The position numbers and the translations under genes were made by a program. From Cyanidioschyzon merolae (Eukaryota), in NCBI GenBank assembly GCA_000091205.1, contig AP006485.2: 64,000 nt of DNA. One strand, written 5' to 3'. This document shows positions 34,659 through 44,803 of this stretch, in pieces. The notes beneath the pieces are model-generated. The model was not told where the DNA came from and made no database searches. It saw only the letters and a list, made by a program, of their open reading frames with translations. Each line of letters opens with the position of its first letter. The first letter of the stretch is position 1.

Positions 34659-35612
34659 ATGAGCGCTCAAGAAGCGGTGCAACGACCGCTTCCTAACTAT
34701 CTGCAGTTCGTTTTCGGCGGACTGGCAGGCATGGGTGCGACGCTTCTGGTGCAGCCGTTCGACGTCGTGAAAACACGCATGCAGTTGACGCAATCAGTCC
34801 AAGGCGCTCAGGCTCCAGGTCCGCTGTACGTGCTCCGCGCGATTGTTGTCCAGGAGGGCGCCTCAAAACTCTATGCGGGCTTATCAGCGGGGCTGTTCCG
34901 CCAGATCACTTACACGACGACGCGTCTCGGGGTATACGGTGTTCTTCTCGAAGAACTCACCCGTATTCGAAAAGCCCAGCAGGCGAGCTCGGCTCACGAC
35001 GGCGAGTCCCAGCGGCAGGGCGTTGCACTGCCCTTCAGCTGGAAAGCTGGCGCTGGACTCACCGCTGGTACTATTGGAGCATTGGTCGGCACGCCTGCGG
35101 AGGTGGCGCTCATTCGGATGATGGCAGACGGACGACTGCCCCCAGAGCGACGACGAAACTATCGGTCTGTCTTCGATGCCCTGATTCGCATCGTACGCGA
35201 AGAAGGCATTATGACACTGTGGCGGGGAGCTTTGCCGACGGTAGGGCGCGCAGCGCTGCTCAATATGGCGCAACTCGGTACGTATTCCCAGGCGAAGGAG
35301 ATGATTTTGAGCACTGGGCTCGTTGGGGATCATCTCGGAACCCATGTCTTGGCATCGACGTGTAGCGGCTTTGCAGCTACGTGTATTTCCTTGCCTCTCG
35401 ATAACGCTAAGACGAAGCTGCAGCATATGCGGGATCGTGAGTACGCCGGAATGCTGGATGCGCTGTTGAAGACTTCACGTTCTGAGGGCATTCCTGCGCT
35501 TTGGAGGGGGTTCATGCCCTACTTTTTGCGTTTAACACCGCACACCATTGGAGCATTCGTCTTACTCGAGCAGTTGAAGAAGCTCTATTTTACGTGGCGC
35601 CAAGTGTTGTAG
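34659..35612 (+). CDS. Mitochondrial carrier family protein, 2-oxoglutarate/malate carrier-like (SLC25A11-type)
   Basis: Three carrier signatures are present: PFDVVKTRMQ, PAEVALIRMMADGRLP and PLDNAKTKLQ. Strong colinear similarity to OGC (FVFGGLAGMGATLLVQP..., LWRGALPTVGRAALLNMAQLGTYSQAK). Confidence 0.85.
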   Translation: MSAQEAVQRPLPNYLQFVFGGLAGMGATLLVQPFDVVKTRMQLTQSVQGAQAPGPLYVLRAIVVQEGASKLYAGLSAGLFRQITYTTTRLGVYGVLLEELTRIRKAQQASSAHDGESQRQGVALPFSWKAGAGLTAGTIGALVGTPAEVALIRMMADGRLPPERRRNYRSVFDALIRIVREEGIMTLWRGALPTVGRAALLNMAQLGTYSQAKEMILSTGLVGDHLGTHVLASTCSGFAATCISLPLDNAKTKLQHMRDREYAGMLDALLKTSRSEGIPALWRGFMPYFLRLTPHTIGAFVLLEQLKKLYFTWRQVL

Positions 35613-36448
35613 CAAAAAATAGAATCTACACGGGGCGTATGATGAACCGAATCTCGGTCCAAGTTTTCCGGGGCAGGACAAAGACCAGACGCTTTGGACG
35701 GATTCTGCTCGCCAGAGTCGCGCATGTGAGGCTTGCGTACATTGCGCTTTGTTTTTTGCTCGCGTTAATGCCACCTGGGTGCACCGGCTCATGCGCAAAC
35801 TACATGTCGCTGGCATTCGCGTCGGCACGCTCCGCAGCGATGCTAGTCGTACGAAGGCGCTAACGCAACGCGAGTATGATATGAACGTCATACGAGGTTT
35901 TTTGATCACGTGTTGCAACGATACGTTCGCAACAGAAGCGAGCATGTCCAGGGACAGCTCGAATGAACAAAATGCGCATTCTACTGGCAACTAGAATGCA
36001 GAGGTTCCAGGTTTTATAGGTGCCGGTGCTGGTCGCTTGCAGCTGCGTCAAGTCATCGCTGCAATCAATGCAGTGCCGGGCACTTATTCCCCAAAATGCC
36101 GTGACGATATGCTCGTTTCATTAGATGGCTGATAATTGAGACCGTCGCGATGGAAGCGGCCCCCAAAATCAAACACAACGCTCTGTAATGGGCCGCATTC
36201 CAGGCTTGGTTCGCCTCATGAGGTAGTGTTGCCGCTTGCCATACAGCGCGACGCTGCAGTAGCGTCACAGCCGTCCTGTTTCGGGGCTCGAGGCTTTCCT
36301 TGGTATCAGCTGCGCATGCGATGATGTGGACACCCGCAAAAACGTGCGCGGTGCCGCCTCCACAATGAAGAAGCAACGCACCGAAACGCCGCGCATGTGC
36401 ACAGGCTCTCGAAGCACCGGGAGTCTTGCGAGTGAGAGTCTCACTCAG

Positions 36449-37684
36449 TCAGCGCTTGGTCGCATGCGCGGGTGCACCATTCCCCGCGGAGTCGGTCTGG
36501 TCGAGCGCCAGAGCGGCTCGTAGCATCTCGTGCAATGCATCTCCACCGTCAAGGACACTCTCTGCGTCACTGCAGGTGAGGCCCGTGCGCAAGTCTTTCA
36601 CCAAGGTAAACGGACTCAGAATATAGGAACGAACGAGGCGATCTGCACTGCCAAAGCCGGCGCTACCGCCGTGATGTGTCATTGACGCCTGTCGTTGCCT
36701 TCTTTCCTGCAGATAGCGCTCACGGAGTTTCGATCGGAGCACATATAGCGCTCGAGCCTTGTTCTGGTGCTGCGAACGCTCGCTCCGACAGGTTACCACG
36801 ATGCCACTCGGTCGATGGGTGATTCGCACTGCAGAGTCCGTCTTATTCACGTGTTGGCCACCGGCGCCCGAGGAGCGCATCGTCTCGATGAGCAAATCGT
36901 CGGGATGAATGTTGAGCGCTTGTAACGCTTCTGATGCGACTTCTTCTTCATCCAGTAGCGGTATGATCGACACACTTGCAAAGCTCGTGTGACGCCTCTG
37001 GGACGCGTCAAAAGGCGAATGACGAACCAGGCGGTGAATACCGGCCTCGCCACGGAGCCAAGCGGTAGCCCAGGCGAGTCCATCGGTGCCGCTGCGTACA
37101 AAGAGGGCAGCATAGCGAAGTCCGGCGACTTCACCCGGGCTCGAGTCCGTGAGCTTCACTTCTTGGAAACGCAGGGATCGACTCGCCGCCGCAGACTCTG
37201 CCCATCTCTGGTACATGCGAACGAGCATACTACACCAGTCCATGGCCTCAGTACCACCTGCACCTGCCCGGACCTCAACCAGGCAAGAGCGGTGGAGGTC
37301 GGAGGGTTCATCGGCGCTTTCGCTCCGCGTACTCGCCCCATGAAGAAGCGCCATTGCTTCAATTCGCTGCGATCTAAGACGCAGTGCCTCTATCTCATCA
37401 CGAAAGAGAGCACCAGAGTCCGTTGTCGCACTCCCTTCCTCTGAGCAGAGCGTCAAACAGGCCTGAACTTCTGCAGAAAGCGTATCGACTTCGGAAACGA
37501 GGCGCTGTAGCTCAGCTCTTTCGCGAAGCAGCAAAGCACCCTGCTTCGCAGCGCGGGCTGTACTCCAGGTGCCTGGTTGGAGGCATGCGTTTTCGAGCTC
37601 GCGTAGGCGACGAACCAACTGCGGATAGCGCAGGCGCTGACGAACGAGCGCTAAGGAGCGCTGTATGGCTTCTAGGTCCCGCAC
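36449..37684 (-). CDS. Organellar bacterial-type class I peptide chain release factor, RF2-type
   Basis: GGQ motif SGAGGQHVNKTDSAVRITHRPSGIVV and the RF2-specific SPF tripeptide (VRHSPFDASQRRHTSFASV). The C-terminus LRTGLTCSDAESVLDGGDALHEMLRAAL matches RF2. Confidence 0.8.
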   Translation of the reverse strand: MRDLEAIQRSLALVRQRLRYPQLVRRLRELENACLQPGTWSTARAAKQGALLLRERAELQRLVSEVDTLSAEVQACLTLCSEEGSATTDSGALFRDEIEALRLRSQRIEAMALLHGASTRSESADEPSDLHRSCLVEVRAGAGGTEAMDWCSMLVRMYQRWAESAAASRSLRFQEVKLTDSSPGEVAGLRYAALFVRSGTDGLAWATAWLRGEAGIHRLVRHSPFDASQRRHTSFASVSIIPLLDEEEVASEALQALNIHPDDLLIETMRSSGAGGQHVNKTDSAVRITHRPSGIVVTCRSERSQHQNKARALYVLRSKLRERYLQERRQRQASMTHHGGSAGFGSADRLVRSYILSPFTLVKDLRTGLTCSDAESVLDGGDALHEMLRAALALDQTDSAGNGAPAHATKR

Positions 37685-38000
37685 CTCGACTGCTGAAGCG
37701 CAACGTGCGCGTCAAGCGCTGTATCACGAAAAAGAATCACAGCTTGATGCTTCAAAAAGAGGCGCCAACCGTCACCACGAAACGTAACCTGTTGTTTTTC
37801 CAACGCGGCATCCAGCGCGTGCGGTACAGTTCGACGCTGCCGAACGCTGTACGCGGAGCGTCAACGTGGACGTTCATGGAACTTGCGGAGAAAGCATTGG
37901 GAAACTCCAACTTTATCAGATTAGAATTGAGGCCTGAGCTCGTCTTTCTGTTCTTGTGTTGTAATTTTTTTCTTTACTTGTTCAGATGTACAGCGATGAG

Positions 38001-39242
38001 ATGCGAAATGCAGCAGGTAGGAGCGTGTAGATTCATGAGTAGTTTTCTGTCGATCGGTCGCCATTTTTTCGCGGAATGCCTCCTTTGACGCTGTACCGCT
38101 GGAATTTGTTACGTTACAGGGATCGAGGGGATTCACGACGCAATCGAATAAAGATTCGTAGAATATTCGATATAATGATCCGAGTCACTGGTTCAAGCTC
38201 CCACGCTTTAAAGTTCCGTACGTGAAGCACGCGTTAATCGTGCACTCTTCAACGCTTCAGTGTTGCTCTCTCACGGCACCCTAGGGGCGAAGCGATTCGT
38301 GTCGCTAGATTATCGAGCAATACCAGAACCCTGACGTCGTCCATGGACGACTCGTTCACAAACTCATGACCATTGCTCACGTCACTTGTCGCTTCGAATG
38401 GTCCATTGCATTCGAAAGACAAATGCTTGTCTCTTCGCGCTCATCGGCGAGACGGCATTCCAGAGCAGCAGGGTACCGTATGATGTGGTGCGCTGCTTGC
38501 GGGGCTCCCGCCTCTTCTGTTTGCTTGGGAAAGGATTCGGTACTAGAACTGGAGTCATCCGAGCGATCGATTCCAGTAGGGTGTGCGTCACCGTTTCGCA
38601 CGAAGGGAGCGTAGACAGACCGAAATTTCTTGACCCGTTTTCCAGCTTGGATCTTGTTTCTGGTAATTGTTCCATCGTCAATAACATTGCGTTTCGCAAA
38701 TCCGCTATCGAACGGAACTGCGTTCACTCTCGTATGCATCGAATAGTGTACTTGCCGAGGGGATTGCCACGCACAAGCCCCGTGATCGTGGGGTACAGTT
38801 GACGCTGCAAAAAAAAGGAGGCGTGCATGGAGCGTACCCTTCAGTAGCAGTCATGGACATGTACGGGGGCGTGAAGCAAGCGTTTCCACGCCCCAGCGCG
38901 GCGCACGGAGGAAATGAGGTGGATATAGAGGGACACACCTGACCATAACACGATATGACTGATGGAAAGGTCGCACAGCGCCTTTGTACAAACAAGCTCA
39001 ACAATGGAACAGCTACGTCGATCGCAATTTTTACTTACGTATTGACTGCGTCGACAACAGGTTGAAGCTGCAAAATCAGGATTTGCACACTGCCATAAAC
39101 ACCCTTCACCTGTTGACAAGTTAGCTCCCAGGAAAGCATTGAGCATCTTGTTCAAAGTCGGTATGGAAGAGGAAGCAGAAGCAGTCGCAAGAGAAACCCC
39201 ACCAAGACTATTATTGATGACAGTGCGAAGAGATCCAAACGT
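38001..39242 (-). repeat. Repeat family R1, copy C (inverted orientation, about 1.24 kb)
   Basis: Reverse complement aligns to copy A 10303-11545. It shares with copy A the same terminus, ...acgtttgg (39242 corresponds to 10303). Confidence 0.8.
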
Positions 39243-40587
39243 TATTCTTTGTGCCGTATTAGATGACTCGTTCCATTATATTCTGACGTGGGGGAACGCA
39301 GAGAGATTCGCATGAAGCTGCATCATGGTGAGCGCTGGCGAAAACACGGGACCAAGCATGACGCTATCCGCAGAGCGCCCCCGCTGCGCTGAAATACTAA
39401 CGCTTTGCTGTGTTCGTGCCGCGCTTGGATCTCCGGGGCGCCTTTGCAGTATAACGGCAGCAGAAACGCGTACGTCATGCACTGGGGACGCGCTCAGGTT
39501 GCTGGCGTCTGTTCAAAAGCTGGTTCTTAATCAACGTTCTTTGGTGTCAGCGTCTAACTGAAGCTAAACGCTGCGCTGGTGCAACTTGAGCGCTGCCAGT
39601 ATTTTTCTGGAAATCGTAAAAGCCATCACTCTCATTCAAATAAGCTAAAGAACGCTGTCCAACCAGAGCGAACGTCTCGTGGCGCTAGCGTACATCTGGG
39701 TTCGAGGTCAGAGCTCCGAACTACTGCTTGAACGAACTGGAAGTTTCTGTCGTAGGCGCCTGATGACGGCTCTCATTCGATTGCAACCGGGTGCCTAGGC
39801 GGTGACCTGGATTCAGTGTTTTGGTCCCTGAAAACGCCAGGGTCGCTCCAAAGGTAAGCAAAGATAGAGATCATTCACGTGCAATACATCGCCTCAATAG
39901 CGGATCCGATCCAGTGTTCCGCTCTCCAAGTCGCAAACGATAGAGGTGCAGTGACCCATCAGACTCCCTGCTGCAGAATGAACACACATACGCACATACA
40001 CAGACAAACAGCGCTGGACACGAGACTCATTCCATGTCGGAATCGATCGGAATGTGCTGTTTCCATTATTGGCGTCGGCGTTCTATGGTCAACCTCATTC
40101 AAAGACTCGTCTCTCTATGACGTGTCGTCATACAGCTCTACCACGGGCCGTTGCGGGTATCGAAGTTTTGACTTTGCATCGGCGACGAGGTGGTTTCAGG
40201 AAACAGGTCTCATTCGGACCGTCTCCAGCGAACGGCAGGTTTGACGCTTCCGCTTTACATCAAAAGAAATCAGACAGAGGCTAGCAGGTACGCCAAAGCA
40301 CGCACCTCAAGGCATACGCTGAGCGTGCTTATGAGGAACCACACTCGATGAACGGGTCAAAGACTAGTGCGCTCGGATGTACGCGTGTCCAGCCATGACG
40401 AATTTTCCGCCAGCAGATGCGTCCATCGACATGCTTCCGCCCAGCCGAGCAGGTCTCGTCGAGAAGCCGCCGTTCTGAGCACTACGCCTTGGATATGGCG
40501 AGCATCTGCCAGAGACCACGCTCATCAGCTGCCGAGAAACCATGGACATCATAAACAGAGGCTCGGTGCTGCGGTGAAACGAGAACG

Positions 40588-41883
40588 CTAACTCCGTCGG
40601 AGTATTGACGTAACGGCGGCTACGCAAGCGTCTTGGTTCTCGTTACGATAGGGCTGACCCCCGTGCACCATTGCAGTGAAAGGGCTCGTCTTGGAGACCA
40701 GTTCAGGGCACCACGCTCGACTTCCATAGTTCTGTATCCAGTCCGTGTACACGAACAGATGCGCATAGACGCGCCACCAGCTATCGTGTGCCGTCGCCAT
40801 ACGCCAGCGCTGCATGGCACTATCGAAGGGCTCATCAGGAAAGCGAGTCGCCATCCCTCGCAGCACAGTATGGGTGAAGCACGGATCACCCAGTCGATAC
40901 ACAGCATTGCCGTTCAGATGGTGATCATGAGGCCAGGTCACGCACCAACGATGTCGCTGGTAGAGGGGCGCACTCCCCATGACCCAGAAAGGGTGCCGCT
41001 TCGCCACAGATCGATGAAGCATAGGTAGAAAGCACGGACGAAGCGCGTATACGTCGGGTTCAAGCCAAACAAAGTAGTCGTACTGAAGCGCGAGCCCCAT
41101 CGGGTGGATCCTGTGCTCCTCGTGGCGACTCGTGCTCCCGGGTACGTGGTATAGGTCAAAAAGCGCATAGAATAGATTCGCTGTCCCACGAGAAATATGC
41201 CGCCTACGCCAGCGACTGAAATAGTAGGCGTCGGCGTAGTCGCTGAGGTTCGCGAACCGAAGCAGCACCCGCGAGAAAACTTGCTCTGAACGAAACGTCT
41301 CGTTTCGGACAGAGTCCAAGACTAGTTGCACTTGTTCCCGCTGGAGGCAATTAGTCTCTGCTCGACTACAGAACAGCAGCAGGTCGGACGCATAAGCGGT
41401 TTCCGCGCAAGCGCTCGCTTGGCGAAGCCACTGCCGCAGCGTCTCCAGTACCTGTGGTGCCTGCTTGGGCGGGTACGGCACGACGAGCAGCACGTTCGGC
41501 CGCGACGACCTGTTCGTCGTCAAGAGTGTTGTGCGCGGAACACAGCGTGCATAGAGCGCACCGCTCTGGTTATCTAGCCAGGGAGCATCGCTGCCGGAGG
41601 CCGTCGTGCGCGCGCCCCAGTCTCCCATACGAAGACGTGGAAACGTGCCGTCATACCAGCACAGCACTTGTACAACGAGCAGAAACCAGACAATCACTCC
41701 CCATAGACTACCTATGAACTGGGTCAAATGTCGTCGCTCAGTAGTCCGTCGGAAGCGTGACTCTTTGGCGCTGCGAAGGGACGCTCGCGACAACGCCGGT
41801 GCTCGACGCATGCACAGGACGCAGCGCGCGTTCCCCAGAGACAAGACACACAAACTGTCCACGGGACGAAAGAAGTTAGACAA
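40588..41883 (-). CDS. Hypothetical type II membrane protein (N-terminal TM LWGVIVWFLLVVQVLCW), possible Golgi glycosyltransferase-like
   Basis: 431-aa ORF with a cytoplasmic basic tail, a single TM segment, then a large Trp/His-rich lumenal domain. No confident family assignment. Confidence 0.45.
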   Translation of the reverse strand: MSNFFRPVDSLCVLSLGNARCVLCMRRAPALSRASLRSAKESRFRRTTERRHLTQFIGSLWGVIVWFLLVVQVLCWYDGTFPRLRMGDWGARTTASGSDAPWLDNQSGALYARCVPRTTLLTTNRSSRPNVLLVVPYPPKQAPQVLETLRQWLRQASACAETAYASDLLLFCSRAETNCLQREQVQLVLDSVRNETFRSEQVFSRVLLRFANLSDYADAYYFSRWRRRHISRGTANLFYALFDLYHVPGSTSRHEEHRIHPMGLALQYDYFVWLEPDVYALRPCFLPMLHRSVAKRHPFWVMGSAPLYQRHRWCVTWPHDHHLNGNAVYRLGDPCFTHTVLRGMATRFPDEPFDSAMQRWRMATAHDSWWRVYAHLFVYTDWIQNYGSRAWCPELVSKTSPFTAMVHGGQPYRNENQDACVAAVTSILRRS

Positions 41884-41980
41884 TATTTTTATAGAGTCTC
41901 AAGAAGCGCAAGGATCGTGTCATGGTGTCCGCCTGCTCCCTTGGGTAACCGTAGACACGCGCGAGCGCTGAGCGATAACG

Positions 41981-43507
41981 GTGCGCAGGGAGCGCCGGCC
42001 GGCAGGCAGCATATTCGCCCATCAGCGTTCGACAACGCCCGAGCACGTTGATTGCTTCTTCTGTGCGGTGTCTATGTTCGTGGAGCCGGAGTTTCTTTGC
42101 TCTGGTCGTATCTGGAGCTGGGATTCGGCGACAGCGTCAGTGGGAAGACCACGAAGCTGTTGCCGGTGGCTCACTTCACGGAAACAGAGCCAGTTCGAGG
42201 GTGTCGGTTGCCAGCCGTGTCGAACGCGGTCTCGTAGGGTGTTCCACGACTCGCGGTGCTGCTGCTGCTGCTGCTGGGCCGTGGGGTTGCGACCAGGCTA
42301 CCGAAAGTGGTCTGATCCGGATCGTCAGCACAGTGCTCGCCTCGAACGTCGTTTCGAGTTGGTTGCTGTTGTGGATAAGGACGCGGGTAGTTCGGAGCGT
42401 CCAGTACGCTGGAACCTCAGCGGTATTCCGCCACCACCGCCAGCCGCTCGCCAATGGATTGCGCAACCAAAACCATCAAGTGCTGAAAGCGACTACATCA
42501 ATCGGGCACCGCTCTTTTCTAAAGTACTTCGCACGCACTGTTTCGCGCTACCGTGGTCTGCTCTCGTGGAGCTGCGTGCGCGTGCCGCCGACGACATCGA
42601 CATCGACAACGCGGCACGCCTGGCAGCAACGGCTTCGACCAGTGTGCATGCTACCCTGTACCAGGGCAGTGTACCAACTGAGCCATATCCGCGGACTTTT
42701 ACAAGAAGCGGGCTCGTGTTGGAGGCCGGTAACGCCGGCACCCTCAAAAGGCGCCGAAACGCCCCGCAAGTGCCGGCACTGGTGACCGCGGAGCGCCAAC
42801 TGCCGCTTGGCGTGCTCATTGATCCTAACGCTGATGATCCTGCTATTGCAGTTTTCATAGCAGCTCGGCAACCGCGCTTTGGTAAGGAGCAAAATCGTCA
42901 AAAGCCGGCAGTGATCGCTGTAGCTGCGGTTGCCGCATCACCTCTTGGTATCGCGAATGGCGTCCTTGATGCTACCGTCGATGCACTCGTGGACATCGTT
43001 CGACGTCTGGATCCCTCGTTGCCGTCGACATCGGTTCATGAGCGAGCGATTCGAAGGTCTATGGTTGCAGCGATAGGGCCGAACCCTGCGACTGCAGATT
43101 ACGGGTTCGTCACGGTTCGTTCGGATGTGCTGAATGCGATCTTCTTGCCGTGGGAGGATCGCCCGCATGTCGGCCTGTCACGCCGCTGCTATTTCGTTCA
43201 CGATATTCAAAACGATGTGCATTCAGTGATCTGTCGGAGCCGACGTACGCGTCTATCCTTTACGTTTCTGGCGCAGCGTCTGACGGGGCGTCACCGGAGC
43301 CTGGCGAACCCGTTACCAGCGACAAGCGAGTCGCATGGTATCCAGTTCCCGTTGCAAGAGTGGTATCTTCGACTCGCGCCGCTTGTTTACGAACGATTGC
43401 GCTGCATTGGCGTTGGACAAGTTGAGCTGACGCGCGTGCTTTTGCCGCGCGTGCCGATCACATCTCGCGAGGATACGCGTCATTTTTCCTACATCGTTTT
43501 GGAGTGA
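41981..43507 (+). CDS. Hypothetical protein (508 aa), divergently arranged about 100 bp from the 41883 gene start
   Basis: Long ORF with a CCCCCC tract and Ala/Val-rich segments. No recognizable domain. An alternative-frame ORF 42048-42785 overlaps it. Confidence 0.35.
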   Translation: MRRERRPAGSIFAHQRSTTPEHVDCFFCAVSMFVEPEFLCSGRIWSWDSATASVGRPRSCCRWLTSRKQSQFEGVGCQPCRTRSRRVFHDSRCCCCCCWAVGLRPGYRKWSDPDRQHSARLERRFELVAVVDKDAGSSERPVRWNLSGIPPPPPAARQWIAQPKPSSAESDYINRAPLFSKVLRTHCFALPWSALVELRARAADDIDIDNAARLAATASTSVHATLYQGSVPTEPYPRTFTRSGLVLEAGNAGTLKRRRNAPQVPALVTAERQLPLGVLIDPNADDPAIAVFIAARQPRFGKEQNRQKPAVIAVAAVAASPLGIANGVLDATVDALVDIVRRLDPSLPSTSVHERAIRRSMVAAIGPNPATADYGFVTVRSDVLNAIFLPWEDRPHVGLSRRCYFVHDIQNDVHSVICRSRRTRLSFTFLAQRLTGRHRSLANPLPATSESHGIQFPLQEWYLRLAPLVYERLRCIGVGQVELTRVLLPRVPITSREDTRHFSYIVLE

Positions 43508-44674
43508 TTGAGAGTGTGGGCGTTGTCTGATGCAATGCAGACCGGGGGTTTCCCCAGCCCTAGTGTGCAACGCGTTCCAAAAGACGTGTTCTGCTTGATG
43601 GATACTGAGCGTTTTGATCAGCGGCCGACTTGTTGCATCGTACGCGAGTCCCGATGCCAGAGCGGAGGCAGCCTTTTCCGCCAGCCTGTGTCAATGGAGA
43701 TGTACATTCGCGGGCTCGCGTCTGCTGACCTTGATTCCAGTTTAGTGCGCTTTCGGCATGAGTCTGTGAGCAATTCATCACCGGACGAGATCAAGTGTTT
43801 CCCCTGCCTATCCAGCGCTGCGAGTGATTGCGTGCGCATGTTGCCTCGCGATAGAACAATTGGCAACTTGAAGAACGTCTGCTTCGAGCTTGCGACATGG
43901 AAGGGAAACGCAAGAATCGGGGCCTGTACATATGAATGGGTTTTCATTTTGATTACTGTACGAAGCCTTGCACGAGGGCATCGCTCATCTTCATCATGAT
44001 AGCAATCACGTAACGTTTCCCAGTGACACAGCGTCTAAGGAGCCACTCGGAAAAATCGGTCTAGCATCGTAGAACTAGGCGTGAATCCGTAAATCCTAAC
44101 TGCCGCACTTGGATTGTCAAGGCTGTCTGTGTATAAAAATAAGGTCCGAACATCAACGAAAAGCAGGTGTAGAACGAGCAGTCCCGTTTTCTCGTTTTAC
44201 CGGACCCGCGCGCATGGCGGATGTGCTTCTGCAGCGTGTTTGCGTTCGGTGCCGTTGGCGCGCGTTGCGAGGCTTGCGTTCTTATTTTATGAAAGCTGGT
44301 GGTTCTCAGGTTATTGTGGATACGTTTGTGGTGGCTTGTCTCGGTCTTGCGGGAGCCATTATTGGTCTGGAGTACGCTTTGGACGGTGACGAAGCCGCCT
44401 ACAGCGAACTCACCAACGGCAAGGACGAGGTTGCCGGCGATGCCGTTCGGGCACACGTACGTGCAACGTGGCGCAGCGCTGCACTTTCGCGGGTAGCGCA
44501 AGTGCCTGGCGGGACCTGAAACTGGTTTTTGACGAGCACGTCGCACCGGAGCTACCCAAGATGTTCCGTTTGATCGGACAGCAGTGGCTGACCCCGAAAA
44601 CTGCCTGGTTGTGGTCCGTGGTAAGCAGCTGGTGGGCAATCGCCTGAAAGGATGCGTGGTTCGTGCAGCGAGGC

Positions 44675-44678
44675 AAAA
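44675..44678 (-). terminator. Pol III terminator (T4 run) 3 nt downstream of the tRNA discriminator base
   Basis: Minus-strand context reads ...CTGCCGC A GC TTTT GCC. Confidence 0.5.
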
Positions 44679-44680
44679 GC

Positions 44681-44803
44681 TGCGGCAGGTGAGACTCGAA
44701 CTCACGACCTTAGGATAGCTTTCTTGGGCTCGTGTTATGAGACCTACGCGCTGTGGCACTGAAACTGAACTGGACAAAGTTTAACCAACTGCGCTACTGC
44801 CGC
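44681..44803 (-). tRNA. tRNA-Met (anticodon CAU; elongator-like) with a 19-nt anticodon-loop intron at 37/38 and a 30-nt insertion in the D-loop
   Basis: The minus strand reads GCGGCAG TA GCGC AGTTGGTTA[AACTTTGTCCAGTTCAGTTTCAGTGCCACA]GCGC G TAGGT CTCATA[ACACGAGCCCAAGAAAGCT]A TCCTA AGGTC GTGAG TTCGAGT CTCAC CTGCCGC A. It has a 7-bp acceptor stem, a 4-bp D stem, a CU-CAU-AA anticodon loop and a canonical T arm. Its architecture matches human elongator tRNA-Met (TAGCGCAG...GCGCG.CAGTCTCATAA...AGGTCGTGAGTTCGA.CCTCAC), including U31-U39. Confidence 0.65.

Noticed and set aside
42048-42785. 245-aa alternative-frame ORF inside the 41981-43507 gene
   Set aside because: Same strand, different frame, shorter, Ser/Arg/Val-rich. 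Retained only as uncertainty about which frame, if any, is real.
44061-44777. 238-aa minus-strand ORF spanning the tRNA locus
   Set aside because: It overlaps a structurally perfect tRNA and its Pol III terminator. No protein similarity. Composition is Arg/Ser/Thr-rich.
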